From assembly GCA_964016885.1 (NCBI GenBank), contig OZ024756.1, forward strand, positions 22,196,001 through 22,260,000: a stretch of 64,000 nucleotides of DNA. Direction: 5' to 3'. Each line of letters starts with the position of its first letter. Position 1 is the first letter of the stretch. The notes under the pieces are model-generated. The model was not told the origin of the DNA. It worked only from the letters and a program-made list of their open reading frames with translations, and searched no databases. Of this stretch, positions 12,240-26,480 are shown piece by piece. The position numbers were made by a program, and so were the translations under genes. Source of the stretch: Eledone cirrhosa. Taxonomy: Eukaryota.

Positions 12240-13432
12240 TCGTGTGATGAGATTGAACAACCAGTCATGAATGGCAGATCGATGTCACTAAAGAGAAGCT
12301 GAAGGAGTTGTCGCAGATGGTGGAATACCCTTCAAATGTCATCGATTTCTTAACAAGATATGATTGCCAAGTAGACTTTACACAAATATCAAGAGTATCT
12401 CATCTATTGATTGTTTTCTGAACGTTTCTCCTCATCGAACTGTCTCTATAGGTTTTTGTATGTTTATGTGTGTGTGTCTGTGTTTGTGTGTATGTGTGTG
12501 TGTATATATATATATGTAAGTGTGTGTGTGTATATGTAAAGGTGTGTGTGTATATGTAAAGGTGTGTGTGTCTGTCTGTATATGTAAATGTGTGTATGTC
12601 TGTGTGTGTATACATGTAAGTGCGTGAGTGTCTATATATGTATGTATGTGTATGTCAGTCTGTATATGTAAATGTGTGTATGTCTGTGTGTGTATGTCTG
12701 TGTGTGTATGTCTGTGTGTGTATGTCTGTGTGTGTATGTCTGTGTGTGTATATATGTAAGTGCGTGAGTGTCTATATATGTACGTATGTGTATGCCAGTC
12801 TGTATATGTAAATGTGTGTATGTCTGTATATATGTGTGTGTATATATGTAAGTATGTGTATATATGTAAGTGCGTGAGTGTCTATATATGTACGTGTGTA
12901 TATCTGCATGTATATGTAAATGTGGTGTCTGTTTATGTTTAATGTGTGTGTGTGTGTGTCTATATAAGTGTGTGTGTGTCTATGTGTACGTGTCTGTGTA
13001 TCTATGTCTGTATATGTAAATGTGTGTATGTCTGTATATGTTAGTGTGTTAGTGTGTGTGTGTTTGTATCTGTATATGTAAGCGTGCGTGTGTATATATG
13101 TGTGTGAGTTTCTATATATGTAAGTGTGTGTGTCTATATATGTAAGTGTGGGTGTGTATATATATATGGGTGTGTGTGTCTATATATAAGTAAGTGTGTG
13201 TCTGTATATGTAAGTGTGTATGTCTGTGTATGTACGCATATGTGTGTATGTATATATACGTATGTGTGTGTGTCTGTGTACGTGTAAGTGTGTGTCTGTA
13301 TATATACGTGTGTGCGTGCTTATGTATCTATAAGTGCGAGTCTGCCTGCACATATATATGAGTGTGTCTGTATAAGTAAATGTGTCTCTATATATGTCAG
13401 TGTATGTATATGTCAATGTGTGTACGTGTCTG

Positions 13433-13463
<31 letters not shown>

Positions 13464-13675
13464 CTGTATATGTATGTATATGTGTGTGCCTCTATCTGGT
13501 TGTAAGTGTTGTCTGTATCTGTCTGTGAGTGTATATGTGTGTATGTAACAGCATGTAAATGTATCTCTGTGTATATGTATATGTATGCATGTTGGTGTGT
13601 CACCGTCTGTGAGTGTGTATGTGTGTATTACACCGTGTGTATGTGTGTATTACAGCAATTTTATGTATCTCTCTG

Positions 13676-13733
<58 letters not shown>

Positions 13734-13743
13734 TTATTTATTA

Positions 13744-13873
13744 ATTAAAATAACAGATTAAAGTTTAAGCAAAGAATCGCTGCTTTCACCCTTCACGGGA
13801 TCTTCTGAAAGGATGATCCCGTGAAGGGTGAAAGCACCGATCCTTTCTTTAAACTTTAATCTGTTATTTTAAT
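13744..13873. mobile_element. Fold-back family C element centred at the HHR-like core
   Basis: aacagattaaagtttaagcaaagaatc...gatcccgtgaagggtgaaagc...ctttaatctgtt. Confidence 0.7.
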
Positions 13874-13954
13874 AAATATTTGCTCTACGGTTTTATATAT
13901 ATATTCCTTATCGAGCCCTCTTCGGGTTTTAGTCTTCACATATATTATTATTAC

Positions 13955-14113
13955 TAATTGAACAAGTACTTTAATGCTTTCGCAATCTTCAGGTTCATAT
14001 TCAATGGTGACAGTAAAGTTTGCAATCTTCAACTGTTGAAAATTGCAAACTTGACTGACACCACTGAATATGAACCTGAAGATTGCGAAAGCATGAAAGT
14101 ACTTGTTCAATTA
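13955..14113. mobile_element. Fold-back element with stem-II-less HHRs at 14071-14109 (+) and 13959-13997 (-)
   Basis: TGAAC-CTGAAGA-TTGC-GAAA-GCAT gaaa GTAC-TT-GTTCA. Confidence 0.75.
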
Positions 14114-14486
14114 ACAATTAACATTTAATATTCTACCATACTATTTCATTATAATTATATCATTATAATTTTAAAGGATTGTAAATAAAACGAGTTAATC
14201 AGACAAAGTTGGAATTCCTTTTATTAATATAATCTTCTATACACAATCATACACACCCGTGTATATATATATATATATATATAAACGGATAAAATGAAAC
14301 GAAATTTCATTTCCCACTCTTAGTACGGCGGTTACGTGTACATACTTATATATATTTCCTCCGGTTGCAACGTTTTATGAAATATCCACTTCTGCGTTTA
14401 CAGATTGACTTTGTAATTTTCAGAAGATCCCGCGATTTCAGAAGATCAAAGCGATTCTTTGCATAAACTTTAATCTGTTATTTTAA

Positions 14487-14573
<87 letters not shown>

Positions 14574-15454
14574 TAATGTATATGTACCTGTGTATGTGAC
14601 CCTGAATGTGCATGTATTACAGCTTGTATACGTATTTAGATGTGTTAACGTGCATGTATGCGTTTAGTATAATTCATACAATCTCTACATGTGAGTGTGT
14701 ATGCGTGGCACAGTATCTATATGTATCTATGTGTTTTTGTATGTGTATGTCTATGGTATAACTCCGATTATGTCTATAACATTGTCTATACCTATATGTG
14801 TGTGTGAAGCAGGATGTATATATGTTATTTTATAAGTTTCTCTATATACATATGTGTGATATGACACCGACTACTCTTGTAACACGCTCTATGGCTGTCA
14901 GTATGTTTTCCTGTATATTACAATATATATATATGTTTATTTCTGTTGCGACTATATCTGTGAATTACAAACATTCAGACACCGTCTGGATAATATTTGT
15001 CTGTTTCGCTTAAAGGCATTTCTAATAGCTTATCAGATAACCTCTAATCTATTGCTCCATCTATAATATAACCACAAAATGTCGTTCAGATTACACCTTG
15101 CTATCTTTAAAAAGAAGAATAACACATGAGATAATGTAGATGTGTAAATAACATATTCGAAAAACACATCTAAACGACGCTCGAGATAAAATAGACGTGT
15201 AAATATTATGTCCGAACACACCTGGATACATATACTGAATTAATAAATATCAGGGTCTAAATAACATTGAAAGCTTTGAACAACAACATACAGTGCACGA
15301 ATCATAACCACGTTGATTGTTTTAATAGAACCTCTCTGACGTCACTCAACCAGCTATAGAAAGGCGACACCCCACTACCACTGCCAAAAGGACACATTAA
15401 TTATTGTAGTCCAAGATACACAAAGACTTGAACAAGAAATCGTTATAATAATTG

Positions 15455-16062
15455 TTTATCGACCTCGTAAGGATGAAAGGCAAAGTTTAAACTCGGCAGG
15501 ATTTGAACTCCGTAAAGGGCCATAACTATGCTGCAAAACTTTGCGTCCGATACTGCCAATCCACCTCCTAATAATAATTTCTAGTATAGGCACAAGGCCA
15601 GTAATTTTCGGGAGGGGAATGTCGATTAAATCGACCCCAGTGCATTACTGGTACTTTATTTTATCGACCCCGTAAGGATGAAAGGCAAATTAACCTCGGC
15701 GAGATTTGAACTCACACCCTAAAGGGCCGTAACTCTATGCTGCAAAGCACGGCATCCAACCCTCTACCGATACTGCCAATCCATGGTGAGAATGCCCTTG
15801 ATTTGAGGTATATTCAATTAGGATCGTGTGCTAAACATAAGAACAAACTCAGGGCTCGGCTACCATTCCACGTAAGTGATATTTGGCAGTGTTGGTAGAG
15901 AGTCGGACGCCATGCTTTGCAGCATAGAGTTACGGCCCTTTACGACCTGAGTTAAAATAAGACCGAGGTTAACTTTGTCTTTCATCCTTACGGGGTCGAT
16001 AAAAAAGTATCAGCAATGCACTGGGATAATTGCTGGCTTTGTGTCAAAAGTAACAACAGTTA
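15455..16062. mobile_element. Three major-SINE copies (minus, minus, plus)
   Basis: Same diagnostic SINE motifs. Confidence 0.85.
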
Positions 16063-17295
16063 TTCATTAGAGGTATTCAAGACGTGCTCAATCCGTTTGT
16101 GTTGTACATCAAGTAGTTAGTGTATGATTTGAAGAATATTTAACTATTATTTTTCACATGTCAAAATGCCCACTTGAAACTTCCCACGTTGGCAGTTCTT
16201 CATAAATATTTCATACTTGAAAACAAAATGATATGATTTAATTGACGGTGAAATAAAGAGCCGGCTGATAAGAGGAATGATCATAGTAATAACAATTTAT
16301 TTCATTTCAGATCTCACATCACGTTTATTTAATGGTGTTGATTTATTAGAGTTTTACAAGTATTTGTTTAACAGATGTTGCTTTGTTGTCCATAAACTGA
16401 TAAACAACCAAAGTAAGGACATGTTTGAATAACAGCTAATATTCAATTTCGAAACGATATTATTAAATAGCGACAACGAAACAAATAGGCTGGAATATTT
16501 CGATAAAAAGATTGGGTGAAGAGATGGAGCTTGAATTTTCAAAGATATCAACGGTTTTATGTTTGATAATATTTCTATCAATGTAGAAAGACGCTTAAAC
16601 CACCACCCTACACAAGCGCACAGACATCCACACACAAATATTAATATTTCAAAACAATTTCCAGAAATATTATGCTCTAGCTGTTAAACACATTTAAGAT
16701 TGAAATGGCATAAACACTTTGATAATATTTTCTGAATAAAAGAAGTAAAGTAGAACGTTCAACAAAGAAAAAAATAACCTTTGATTTGGTTAAAATATAA
16801 TCAAAATAAAATTCGTTTAAATGGAGAAGTCGATTTTATAAGAACTGTAGAACCATTAAATGAAATTTTAGAAATATTGTTAGTACTAAATGTAGAACAT
16901 ATATGACTAGAACTGCACCGAGTGTACTTGTGTTGTGATTATTTTATTATAACACAACAATCTCAGATACACAAACTCATTGTTATTTGAAGGATCGTTA
17001 TAAAGATTTGATACAAACACGAAATATTATTAATTTGAAAACAAATTAACAATAAATAAACAAATAAATAAATAAATAAATAAATAAATACACAAATAAA
17101 TAAACAAATAAATAAACAAATAAATATATGCAAAGATGCTAAACATGTTTTGTTTCAGATGCTTAATTAAAAATAGATGATTAAATATGGATGAATATAA
17201 TGATTTCTTTTATTTTAATAATAATGAATAACTATTAATTGTCTTCAACATGTGTTCTTAAACAGACAGTTCAACGTATTGACATTGATATCTCT

Positions 17296-17695
17296 GGGGA
17301 AATGTGAGCCAAGGGCCAAAACATGGATTCTTAGGAGATTGGGTTTCAGAAAAGGTAACCGAAACATGAATATTTAAATGAATATATCTGGGGGAATGTG
17401 AGCCACCAGCCAAAACATGTATACTTAGAAGACTGGATATAAGAGACAGTAACCGAAATACGGCTAGGAATATGAATGTGAGTTGTGGAATGTGAGCCAC
17501 GGACCAAAACATGGATACTTAGGAGATTGGGTATGAGAAAAAGTAACCGAAACATGAATATTTAAATTAATATGTCTGGTGGAATATGAGCCACTGACCA
17601 AAACATGGATACTTAGGAGATTGGGTATGAAAGACAGTAACAGAAACATGAATATTTAAATGAATATGTCTGGGGGAATGTGAGCCACGGACCAA
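17296..17695. repeat. ~94-bp minisatellite, about 4.3 copies
   Basis: Recurrent ggaatgtgagcca...ccaaaacatggatacttaggagattggg at ~17298, 17392, 17487, 17581 and 17674. Confidence 0.85.
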
Positions 17696-18075
17696 GGATC
17701 TTTGGAGTAACGTTACTCGATAGAGTGCGTAGCTGGGATATCAGAAGAGTCACTCCTGGTAGAGCCGCTACTTCTCCGAATTGAGAGATCACAGCTCCAA
17801 TAGTATGGTCATGTGGTTAGAATGTCTCAGGAAAGACACACTGGACGGGCGAAACCAACAGATAGGATAGCTAGGGGTTGACACCGTGCAAAATGGTTCG
17901 ATAACATCCATGAGCTTGGCTGGTCACAGTTGAGAATCCAGCCGGATTAGTTGGAGACGGTTGCTTACGATAGGACTCGCTGGTTGGAGTGTTTGAGGAC
18001 TCTGCCCCCATGACCCTCTAAAGAAGAAGAAGAAAGCGAAGAAGGAAAAGAAAAAGAAAAAGAAGAAGAAGAAGA
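17696..18075 (+). mobile_element. RTE-clade (Rex3/Expander-like) LINE 3' end with a (GAA)n-like tail
   Basis: Decayed translation GVTLLDRVRS...VEPLLLRIERSQLQ*YGHVVRMSQER...DRTRWLECLRTLPP. Confidence 0.8.
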
Positions 18076-18244
18076 TTATAAGAGATGTGGATATTTAGCT
18101 ATTTTATGATGATATATTTCTGAGTAATAGTATAGTTGTTTCTGGGTGAATACGTAGATATGCTGTCAACAAGCTCAATTTCCTATTACTTGACTCCGTC
18201 CAGCTCCAAACTTATTGTGTTATCTACAATGACCGTGTGAGTAA

Positions 18245-18725
18245 TAATTGTTTCTACTATTGGCACAAGGCCAGCAATTACCCAGTGCATTACTGGTACT
18301 TCATTTTATCGACCCTGTAAGAATGAAAAACAAAGTTAACCTCGGCGGGATTTGAACTCAGATAATAAAGGCCGGTAACTCTATGCTGCAAAGCATGGCG
18401 TCCGACACTCTACCGATACTGCCAATCCACCATAGATATATCCCATTGATTCTTTACTTTTCTTTATATCTACATAATATATTACTATTTGTATATGAGC
18501 TAATGGGTGCTGTGTGGGATACAATAAAAGTGTTACTATTATTCACAGACTCATGACATATCGTTACGGCCTTTTACGTTTTGAGTTGAAATCCCGCCAG
18601 GCTTTGCCTTTCATCATTACGGGATCAATAAAATAAAGCACCACTAATACACTGGAGTCGATTTAATCGATTTTCTCCTACCCTTCAAAGTGCTGACCTT
18701 GTGCCTAAAGAAGAAACAGTTATTA
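18245..18725. mobile_element. Two major-SINE copies (minus 18245-18432; plus ~18580-18725)
   Basis: Diagnostic SINE motifs. Confidence 0.85.
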
Positions 18726-18835
18726 GTAGTACCACATTAAGTTACTTGCCACCAATATTGCATTCGACCCTCTATTTTCAAGACTGCAGGGATCGATAAC
18801 TATGTAAATATATACTAAAATAAGCAAGTATATTC

Positions 18836-18901
<66 letters not shown>

Positions 18902-19110
18902 ATATATACATATGTGTGTATATATATATATGTGTATATACATATATGCATATATATATATGTATATATATATGTTTGTATATATATATACAGATACAAT
19001 ATAGACAAAAACATATATAGTCTAACAAAGTTTTTTCGTTGCACATCTGCAACACCGAATAAATTAAATTAACCGATATAAAAGACACAGAGGCGAAAAC
19101 CAACCAAACA

Positions 19111-19196
<86 letters not shown>

Positions 19197-19410
19197 AAAA
19201 AAAGATGAAATCGAAAATGCAACTGGGGTCTTATTTAAAAAATATATATCTATATTTATTTGGCAGTTCTTCTGCTTTTCAAAAGTAGAGTTGAGATGGA
19301 GGGTTTGTGGTTTTCCTCACATGTGATTTCATCTTTTTTTCTTTATACTTTCACTCGTGTAGGAAACCTCGGTTATTTTTCATTTTGTAAAAAAACCTCA
19401 CTTTCTAATA

Positions 19411-19442
<32 letters not shown>

Positions 19443-19627
19443 CATATATGTATGTATATATATATATATATATAAATATATGTATGTATGTATATATATA
19501 TGTTTGTACATATATGTATGTATATATATATGTATATATATATATGTATGTATATATATATATGTATGTATATGTATATATATGTATGTATATATGTATG
19601 TATATATGTATATATATATATATATTA

Positions 19628-20236
19628 TGTCAGGTCACCAATTGGTGCTACTGGTAACATGTATCCCAGTACAACCTGTCCCATGGTCGGGTCGTTGGCG
19701 ACTAAACTGGCAACCCCACCAAGGTTTCTTGGTGAGGAGGGTGACTTTGGACATCCTGCAGGACTAAAAACAAAACCTGTCAAAGGGCAAAGGAACTCTT
19801 AAGAGTCAATGGCCATCCAAAATCACCGGGAGAGATGACCCCTTAGCCTTTGTCAAGGCAGAATTCTAGGAGAAGGAAAACTCTGATATAACACCTGCAG
19901 CCCTGATGGTATCCAATGATGTTGCCTTGTTCTTCTTTTTGGTAAATATCATCTTGGTTAAGATAGTGGGACTGGCTTTGTGCATTGCCTTTGCTCACTA
20001 TAAAAGCTTCACGGCACAGGCATTGCTTTATATCTGGAGAACTCTCTGCACTTGTCGTTACATGGTACCAAGGGCCCAGCACTATGTGTCAATAATTGTC
20101 ACAAGTGTAGTGTTTGTACCAGAGTTTTCAAGTCGCTGGCTGGACTAAAAAGTCACACTCGTTCAGCGCATCGGTAGGGGTTCTCCTACATGGATATAAA
20201 GTAGTGGCCGTACTCGAAAACGAGTTGGCAGCCACC
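19628..20236 (+). mobile_element. Internally deleted RTE-like element ending in a C2H2 finger
   Basis: 20085-20177 reads CVNNCHKCSVCTRVFKSLAGLKSHTRSAHR*; GC-richer island between (TA)n tracts. Confidence 0.55.
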
Positions 20237-20641
20237 ATATATATATATAGGAATAGCTATGCGTCTAAATAAACCAACAAATATATTATGATTAACCTAA
20301 CCAGTCATGTACTGAGCAAAGGGGTTTCATTGATTAAATCTGTAAGGGGTTTCCATACAAAATTCCCTGCTCTTCGTGCCAATTTAGCTCATCAATCAAT
20401 ATCTGATAATGAAGACATTTTCAACAGAGATGATAATCTCATCCACTGTGGCCACACGAGACGGAACTCAACCAGAAGCCATGTTATGTTATTTTCTCTT
20501 TGTTGAATCTATTTCGTGTTCACCCACTCATTCCGAATTCAATCATTCGCGTGTGGGTCTATTGGTTATGCGTGTAATTATATATACATATATATGTAAT
20601 TATATAATTATATATATATATTTCTCTCTCTCCCTCTCTCC

Positions 20642-20687
<46 letters not shown>

Positions 20688-20825
20688 AAATGTAAGTGTA
20701 CAATACGATCAAGAAGGAGATATTACAGATTAGTTCGTGAGAATTACGAACCAGTAGTGAAGTGGACAGTGTGTCCAATACGGATAAGATGCGGAATAAG
20801 GGTGCAGCGGGGTGTGTGAGCGTGA

Positions 20826-20925
<100 letters not shown>

Positions 20926-21020
20926 GTATATATGTGTATATGCACATATATATACATTACTGAATGTGCATGTATATATAAAAATATATATATATATATA
21001 TATAGATAACATAGAAATAG

Positions 21021-21067
<47 letters not shown>

Positions 21068-21104
21068 CATACATAACATAGAAATACACACACACACATA
21101 CACG

Positions 21105-21162
<58 letters not shown>

Positions 21163-21176
21163 CATAACATAGAAAT

Positions 21177-21207
<31 letters not shown>

Positions 21208-22842
21208 CATACATAACATAGAAATACACACATAGAAACTGACGCACACACTACCATTACTGCCTGTATATATATATATATAGTATTTCGCTTCACACAA
21301 CGTAATTGTTGTATATCTCCTTGGAGAGCTGCCATTATTGTTCTTTAGCGACCACCATCATCACCGCCACAATCATTATCGTCATCATCATCATCACTAG
21401 TGCTCTTCTATTCCAACCAAATTTTGTATCTGTCCAATACATGTAAATGTGTGCCAAATTGACAAAAACAACATATCACCCCGTTACATAAAAAAAGTAT
21501 ACGTCGGGCAATGTATTTTCCTAATGTGGTTACGGATGGAATTCCTTTGGGACTGGTCTACTCAATCAGGATTGACATGGAAACATACTACGAATTTCAA
21601 GAAGTCTAGATTCTCATAAATTTCTAAGAATCTTACCAAAACCTCATCATTCCTAATAGAATCACAGCTGTATATTATTATGCTCCTTCTTACACAGTTG
21701 CCGTAAATACCCTTACCAACATCAGAACTACCATCAACAATAAAAGCAACTCTAGATCATCACAGATATATTATAACCCCATCTCTTAAAAAAAACCCCA
21801 GCAATATTTTAAAGATCTTCACAGTCATGAATTATTAAAAGCCCAGCCACAATAGTAATGCAAATATCACAACCTGTACCAGAAACACCACAACAACTCA
21901 AAACAGAAACAACAACTACAACAGCAAATCCACAGACTCACAGATCTACCATAACCTCACAAAAGCACCAGCATTCTCAACGCAACTCCAGGCATAGTTC
22001 TCTACAAGCTTAACTACAACATTATGACAAATACGAGCGCACAGCAGCATCAACAACTCTACCACCACGCAGCTCTTTTCTAATCTCACAAAGACATTAA
22101 TACCCTTAACGCAACTAGAGGCATAGTTTTCTACAAACTTTACGAGAAAATTATTTCGAACACCATTACAAATACGAGAACCACAAATGGCATAAACACC
22201 AACAGGAGTAATGACCGCACTGCAACATCAACAAGTCTACCACCACACATCTCTTCTCTAGCCTCACAAAGACTTAAAAGACTCTCGACGAAAGTATGAC
22301 CAGAAAACAATTACACAGACTGTCAGAACATTATCCCGATAACACTTACAACATCACCAACAGCAATACTTCAAGTCTACATCAGGAAAACACTAAAGCA
22401 CCAACAGAAGACTATCACGAGTATTTTTCCAAATATGCTATAGTTTTCTGCAGCAACGAAATTTTATATATTTAAATCCGATGAAACCATGCTGTCAGTT
22501 TCATGCAACTTTCTGATTACATTTCATCACGTGTTTGACAGTTGCACTTAAACACTAATCTTTCAAGGCTGACCATGCAGCAGATGTCAGCACTATTGCT
22601 GCTCAGTGCTATAACATATCGTAACATATGTCAACACTATTGCTGATCAGTGCTATAACCTATCGTTCATGTTAGTAGTAGCTGCTGTTGTAGTCGCAAG
22701 AGATAGCTCTTTAGTTAAGTAGTTTCCTTCATAATTACATCAGAAATAAAACTACCAAAAATCACACTGCATGTACCCAAGGTACACATAGCTGTTCTCT
22801 CTAATGCAGTGATGAGACGCAAACAAGTTTAAAAATAATAAT

Positions 22843-24147
22843 AATTGTTTCTACTTTTGGCACAAGGCCAGCAATTTTCCACTACATTACTGGTACTTTA
22901 CTTTATCGACCTCGTAAGGATGAAAGGCAAAGTCAACCTCGGAGGGATTTGAACTCAGAATGGAAAGGGCCGTAACTCTTTGCGTCAAAGCATGGCGTCC
23001 GACCCTCTACCGATACTGCCAATCCACCGCCCTAACAAGTTTAATAATAATAATAATTGTTTCTAATTTTGTGCACAAGGCCAGCAATTTCCCAGTACAT
23101 TACTGGTACTTTATTTTATCGATCCCGTAAGGATAAAAAAGCCAAGTTAACCTCGGCAGGATTTGAACACAGACCGTAAAGGGACGTAACTATGCTAGAA
23201 AGCATGGCGTCCGTCTCTCTACCGATACTGCCAATCCACCGCCCTTAAATTATAAATATTATAATAGATAATATTTTTATATCACTTCTAAAAGTAATTA
23301 GCATTTAAAGTAAATTGAAATTTATTTTTTAATGTTCTGTATATCAGCTGACAGTAATAACAGCAACAACAACAATCACACAACGATAAAAACAAACAAT
23401 AATATCGATAACTAAAAACGATAATATTAATTGAAAGTGCTGCTGCTACAACTACTACAACTGCTACTATAACTAATATTACTACTTCTCCTATAACTAA
23501 TATTACTACTTCTATAACTAATATTACTACCACCACTACTACTACTTCTATAACTAATATTACTACCACCACTACTACTACTTCGCCTATAACTACTATT
23601 ACTACCACCACTATTACTACTTCTATAACTAAAATTACTACCACCACTACTACTACTTCTATAACTAATATTACTACCACCACTACTACTACTTCTATAA
23701 CTCATATTACTACCACCACTACTACTACTTCTATAACTAATATTACTACCACCACCACTACTACTACTTCTATAACTAATATTACTACCACCACTACTAC
23801 TACTACTACTACTACTTCTATAACTAATATTACTACCACCACTACTACTACTTCTATAACTAATATTACTACCACCACTACTACTACAACTACTATTACT
23901 ACCACCACTACTACTACTATTACCACTACTACTACGACTACTACTAATAATAATGGTTTCTACTATAGGCAGAATGCCAGCAATTTTGGGGGCAGGGGAA
24001 AGTCGATTAAATCGACACCAGTGGATTACTGGTACTTTAATTTATCGACCTTACAAGGATGAATGGCAAAGCTAACCTTGGCGGGATTAGAACTCAGACC
24101 GTAAAGGGCTGTAACTCTATGCCGTAAAGCATGGTGTCTGACGCTCA
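22843..24147 (-). mobile_element. Three major-SINE copies (22843-23033, 23055-23245, 23955-24147)
   Basis: Diagnostic SINE motifs on the minus strand. Confidence 0.85.
23465..23945. repeat. Variable ~33-42-bp minisatellite (cttctataactaatattactaccaccactactacta)n
   Basis: Direct reading. Confidence 0.9.
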
Positions 24148-24215
24148 TACAAATATTAAATAACAGCCAATAACAATGACAACCAAAGCAATGAATGTAT
24201 TATTAATTGTAATTA

Positions 24216-25236
24216 TGGTGATGCTGTAGCTGATGATCGTGGTGGTGGTGATGATGGTGGTGGTGGTGATGGAGGTGGTGATGGTGGTGGTGGTGGTGAT
24301 GGTGGTGATGGTGGCGGTGGTGGTGGTGGTGGTGGTGATGATGGTGGTGGTGATGGTGGTGGTGATGGTGGTGATGGTGGTGGTGGTGATGGTGGTGGTG
24401 GTGATGGTGGTGATGGTGATAGTGGTGATGGTGATAGTGGTGGTGATGGTGGTGGTGATGGTGGTGGTGGTGATGGTGGTGGTGGTGATGGTGGTGGTGG
24501 TGGTGATGGTGGTGGTGATGGTGGTGGTGGTGATGGTAGTGGTGGTGATAGTGGTGGTGATGGTGGTGGTGATGATGGTGGTGATGATGGTGATGGTGGT
24601 GGTGATGATGATGGTGGTGGTGGTGATGGTGATGATGATGGTGGTGATGGTGACGATGGTGGTGGTGATGATGGTGGTGGTGGTGATGGTGGTGGTGATG
24701 GTGGTGGTGGTGATGATGGTGGTGGTGGTGATGATGGTGGTGATGATGGTGATGGTGGTGGTGGTGATGATGGTGGTGATGATGATGGTGGTGGTGGTGG
24801 TGGTGGTGGTGGTGGTGACGGTGACGGTGGTGATGACGGTGACGATGATGGTGATGACGATGATGAAGACGGTAATGATGATGATGAGGATGATAATGAT
24901 GATGATGATGATGATGACGCTTACAAAAACAACAAAGAACGACGACGACGACGATGATGATAACGATACTGAGTATGATGATGATTATGATGATGATGGT
25001 GGTGATGATGATGATGTCGATGATGAAAATGTCGATGATGGTGGTGATGATGATGGTGATGATGGTGATGATGATGATGGTGATGATGGTGATGATGATG
25101 GTGATGATGGTGATGATGGTGATGATGGTGATGATGGTGATGGTGATGATGGTGATGGTGATGATGATGATGATGATGGTGATGATGGTGATGATGGTGA
25201 TGATGATGATGATGATGGTGATGATGGTGATGATGG

Positions 25237-25268
<32 letters not shown>

Positions 25269-25409
25269 GTGATGGTGATGATGGTGATGATGATGATGAT
25301 GATGGTGATGATGGTGATGATGGTGATGATGATGATGATGATGGTGATGATGGTGATGATGGTGATGATGATGATGATGATGGTGATGATGGTGATGATG
25401 GTGATGATG

Positions 25410-25441
<32 letters not shown>

Positions 25442-25453
25442 GATGATGATGAT
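24216..25453. repeat. (GGT/GAT)n trinucleotide array, ~1.2 kb
   Basis: Direct reading; source of the spurious poly-V/D/H ORFs. Confidence 0.95.
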
Positions 25454-25477
25454 AACGACCGTAAAGACATTATGTTG

Positions 25478-25776
25478 AATCCTTGTACGTCTTTTTCTAA
25501 AACTCCACCTCACCTTTTTTTTTTCTGTCATCAATAATTTGTCATTTCGATATGCTTCAAATTCATAATAATCGTTTCTACTTTTGGCACAAGGCCAGCA
25601 ATTACTCAGTACATTACTGGTAAAATAAAGTACCAGTAATGTACTGGTTGAGTGCTGGCCTTGTGCCAAAAGTAGAAACGATTATTATGAATTTGAAGCA
25701 TATCGAAATGACAAATTATTGATGACAGAAAAAAAAAAAGGTGAGGTGGAGTTTTAGAAAAAGACGTACAAGGATT
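25478..25776. repeat. Local inverted duplication (~145-bp arms) centred in a SINE 3' end
   Basis: aatccttgtacgtc...ggcacaaggccagc / gctggccttgtgcc...gacgtacaaggatt. Confidence 0.85.
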
Positions 25777-26480
25777 GAGAGAGAGAGATGGAGAGAGTGT
25801 GATGGGGGAGAGAGTGAGAGAGATAGAGAGAGAGAGATAGTGAGAGAGAGAGTGTGAGAGAGAGTGTGAGAGAGGGTGTGAGAGAGTGTGAGAGAGAGAG
25901 AGTGAGTGTGTGAGAGTGTGAGAGAGAGAGAGGTGGAGAGAGAGAGGTGGAGAGAGAGAGATGGAGAGAGAGAGAGAGAGACGTGGAGGATGGAGTTTTA
26001 AGGAGAGAAGAAGAAAAAGACGTAGAAGCATTGAGACAGAGAGAGAGAGAGAGGCAGAGAGAGAGAGACAGAGAGAGGGTGAATGAGAGAGGGTGAATGA
26101 GAGAGGATGAGAGAGGGTGAGTGAGAGAGAGAGTGAGAGAGAGAGTGAGTGAGAGAGAGTGAGTGATACAGAGTAGAAGAGAGAGAATGAAAGAGAGTGA
26201 CAGAGAGAAAAATGAGAGAGAAAGAGAATGAGAGAGAGATAGAGGGAGAGAGAGAGAGAGAAAGAGAATGAGTGACAGAGCGAGAGAGAGAGATGGAGAG
26301 AGAGGGGAGAGAGAGAGAGAAAGAGAATGAGTGACAGAGCGAGATAGAGAGAGAGAGAGAAAGAGAATGAGTGACAGAGCGAGAGAGATAGAGAGAGAGA
26401 AAGAGAGCGAGAGAGAGAGAAAGAGAGCGAGAGAGATAGAGAGATAGAAAGAGAATGAGTGACAGAGCGAGAGAGAGAGA
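25777..26480. repeat. (GA)n-rich polypurine tract
   Basis: Direct reading. Confidence 0.95.

Noticed and set aside
17296-17695. Regularly spaced repeats as a possible CRISPR array (also 23465-23945 and 42870-43352)
   Set aside because: Whole units repeat with no unique spacers; eukaryotic context; no cas genes
20288-20506. INLTSHVLS as the N-terminal region of a PLE reverse transcriptase
   Set aside because: Similarity is too short to support without a profile search
24203-25669. Longest ORFs (488 and 434 aa; poly-H/I/V/D)
   Set aside because: Products of a (GGT/GAT)n array that is open on both strands; no domain content
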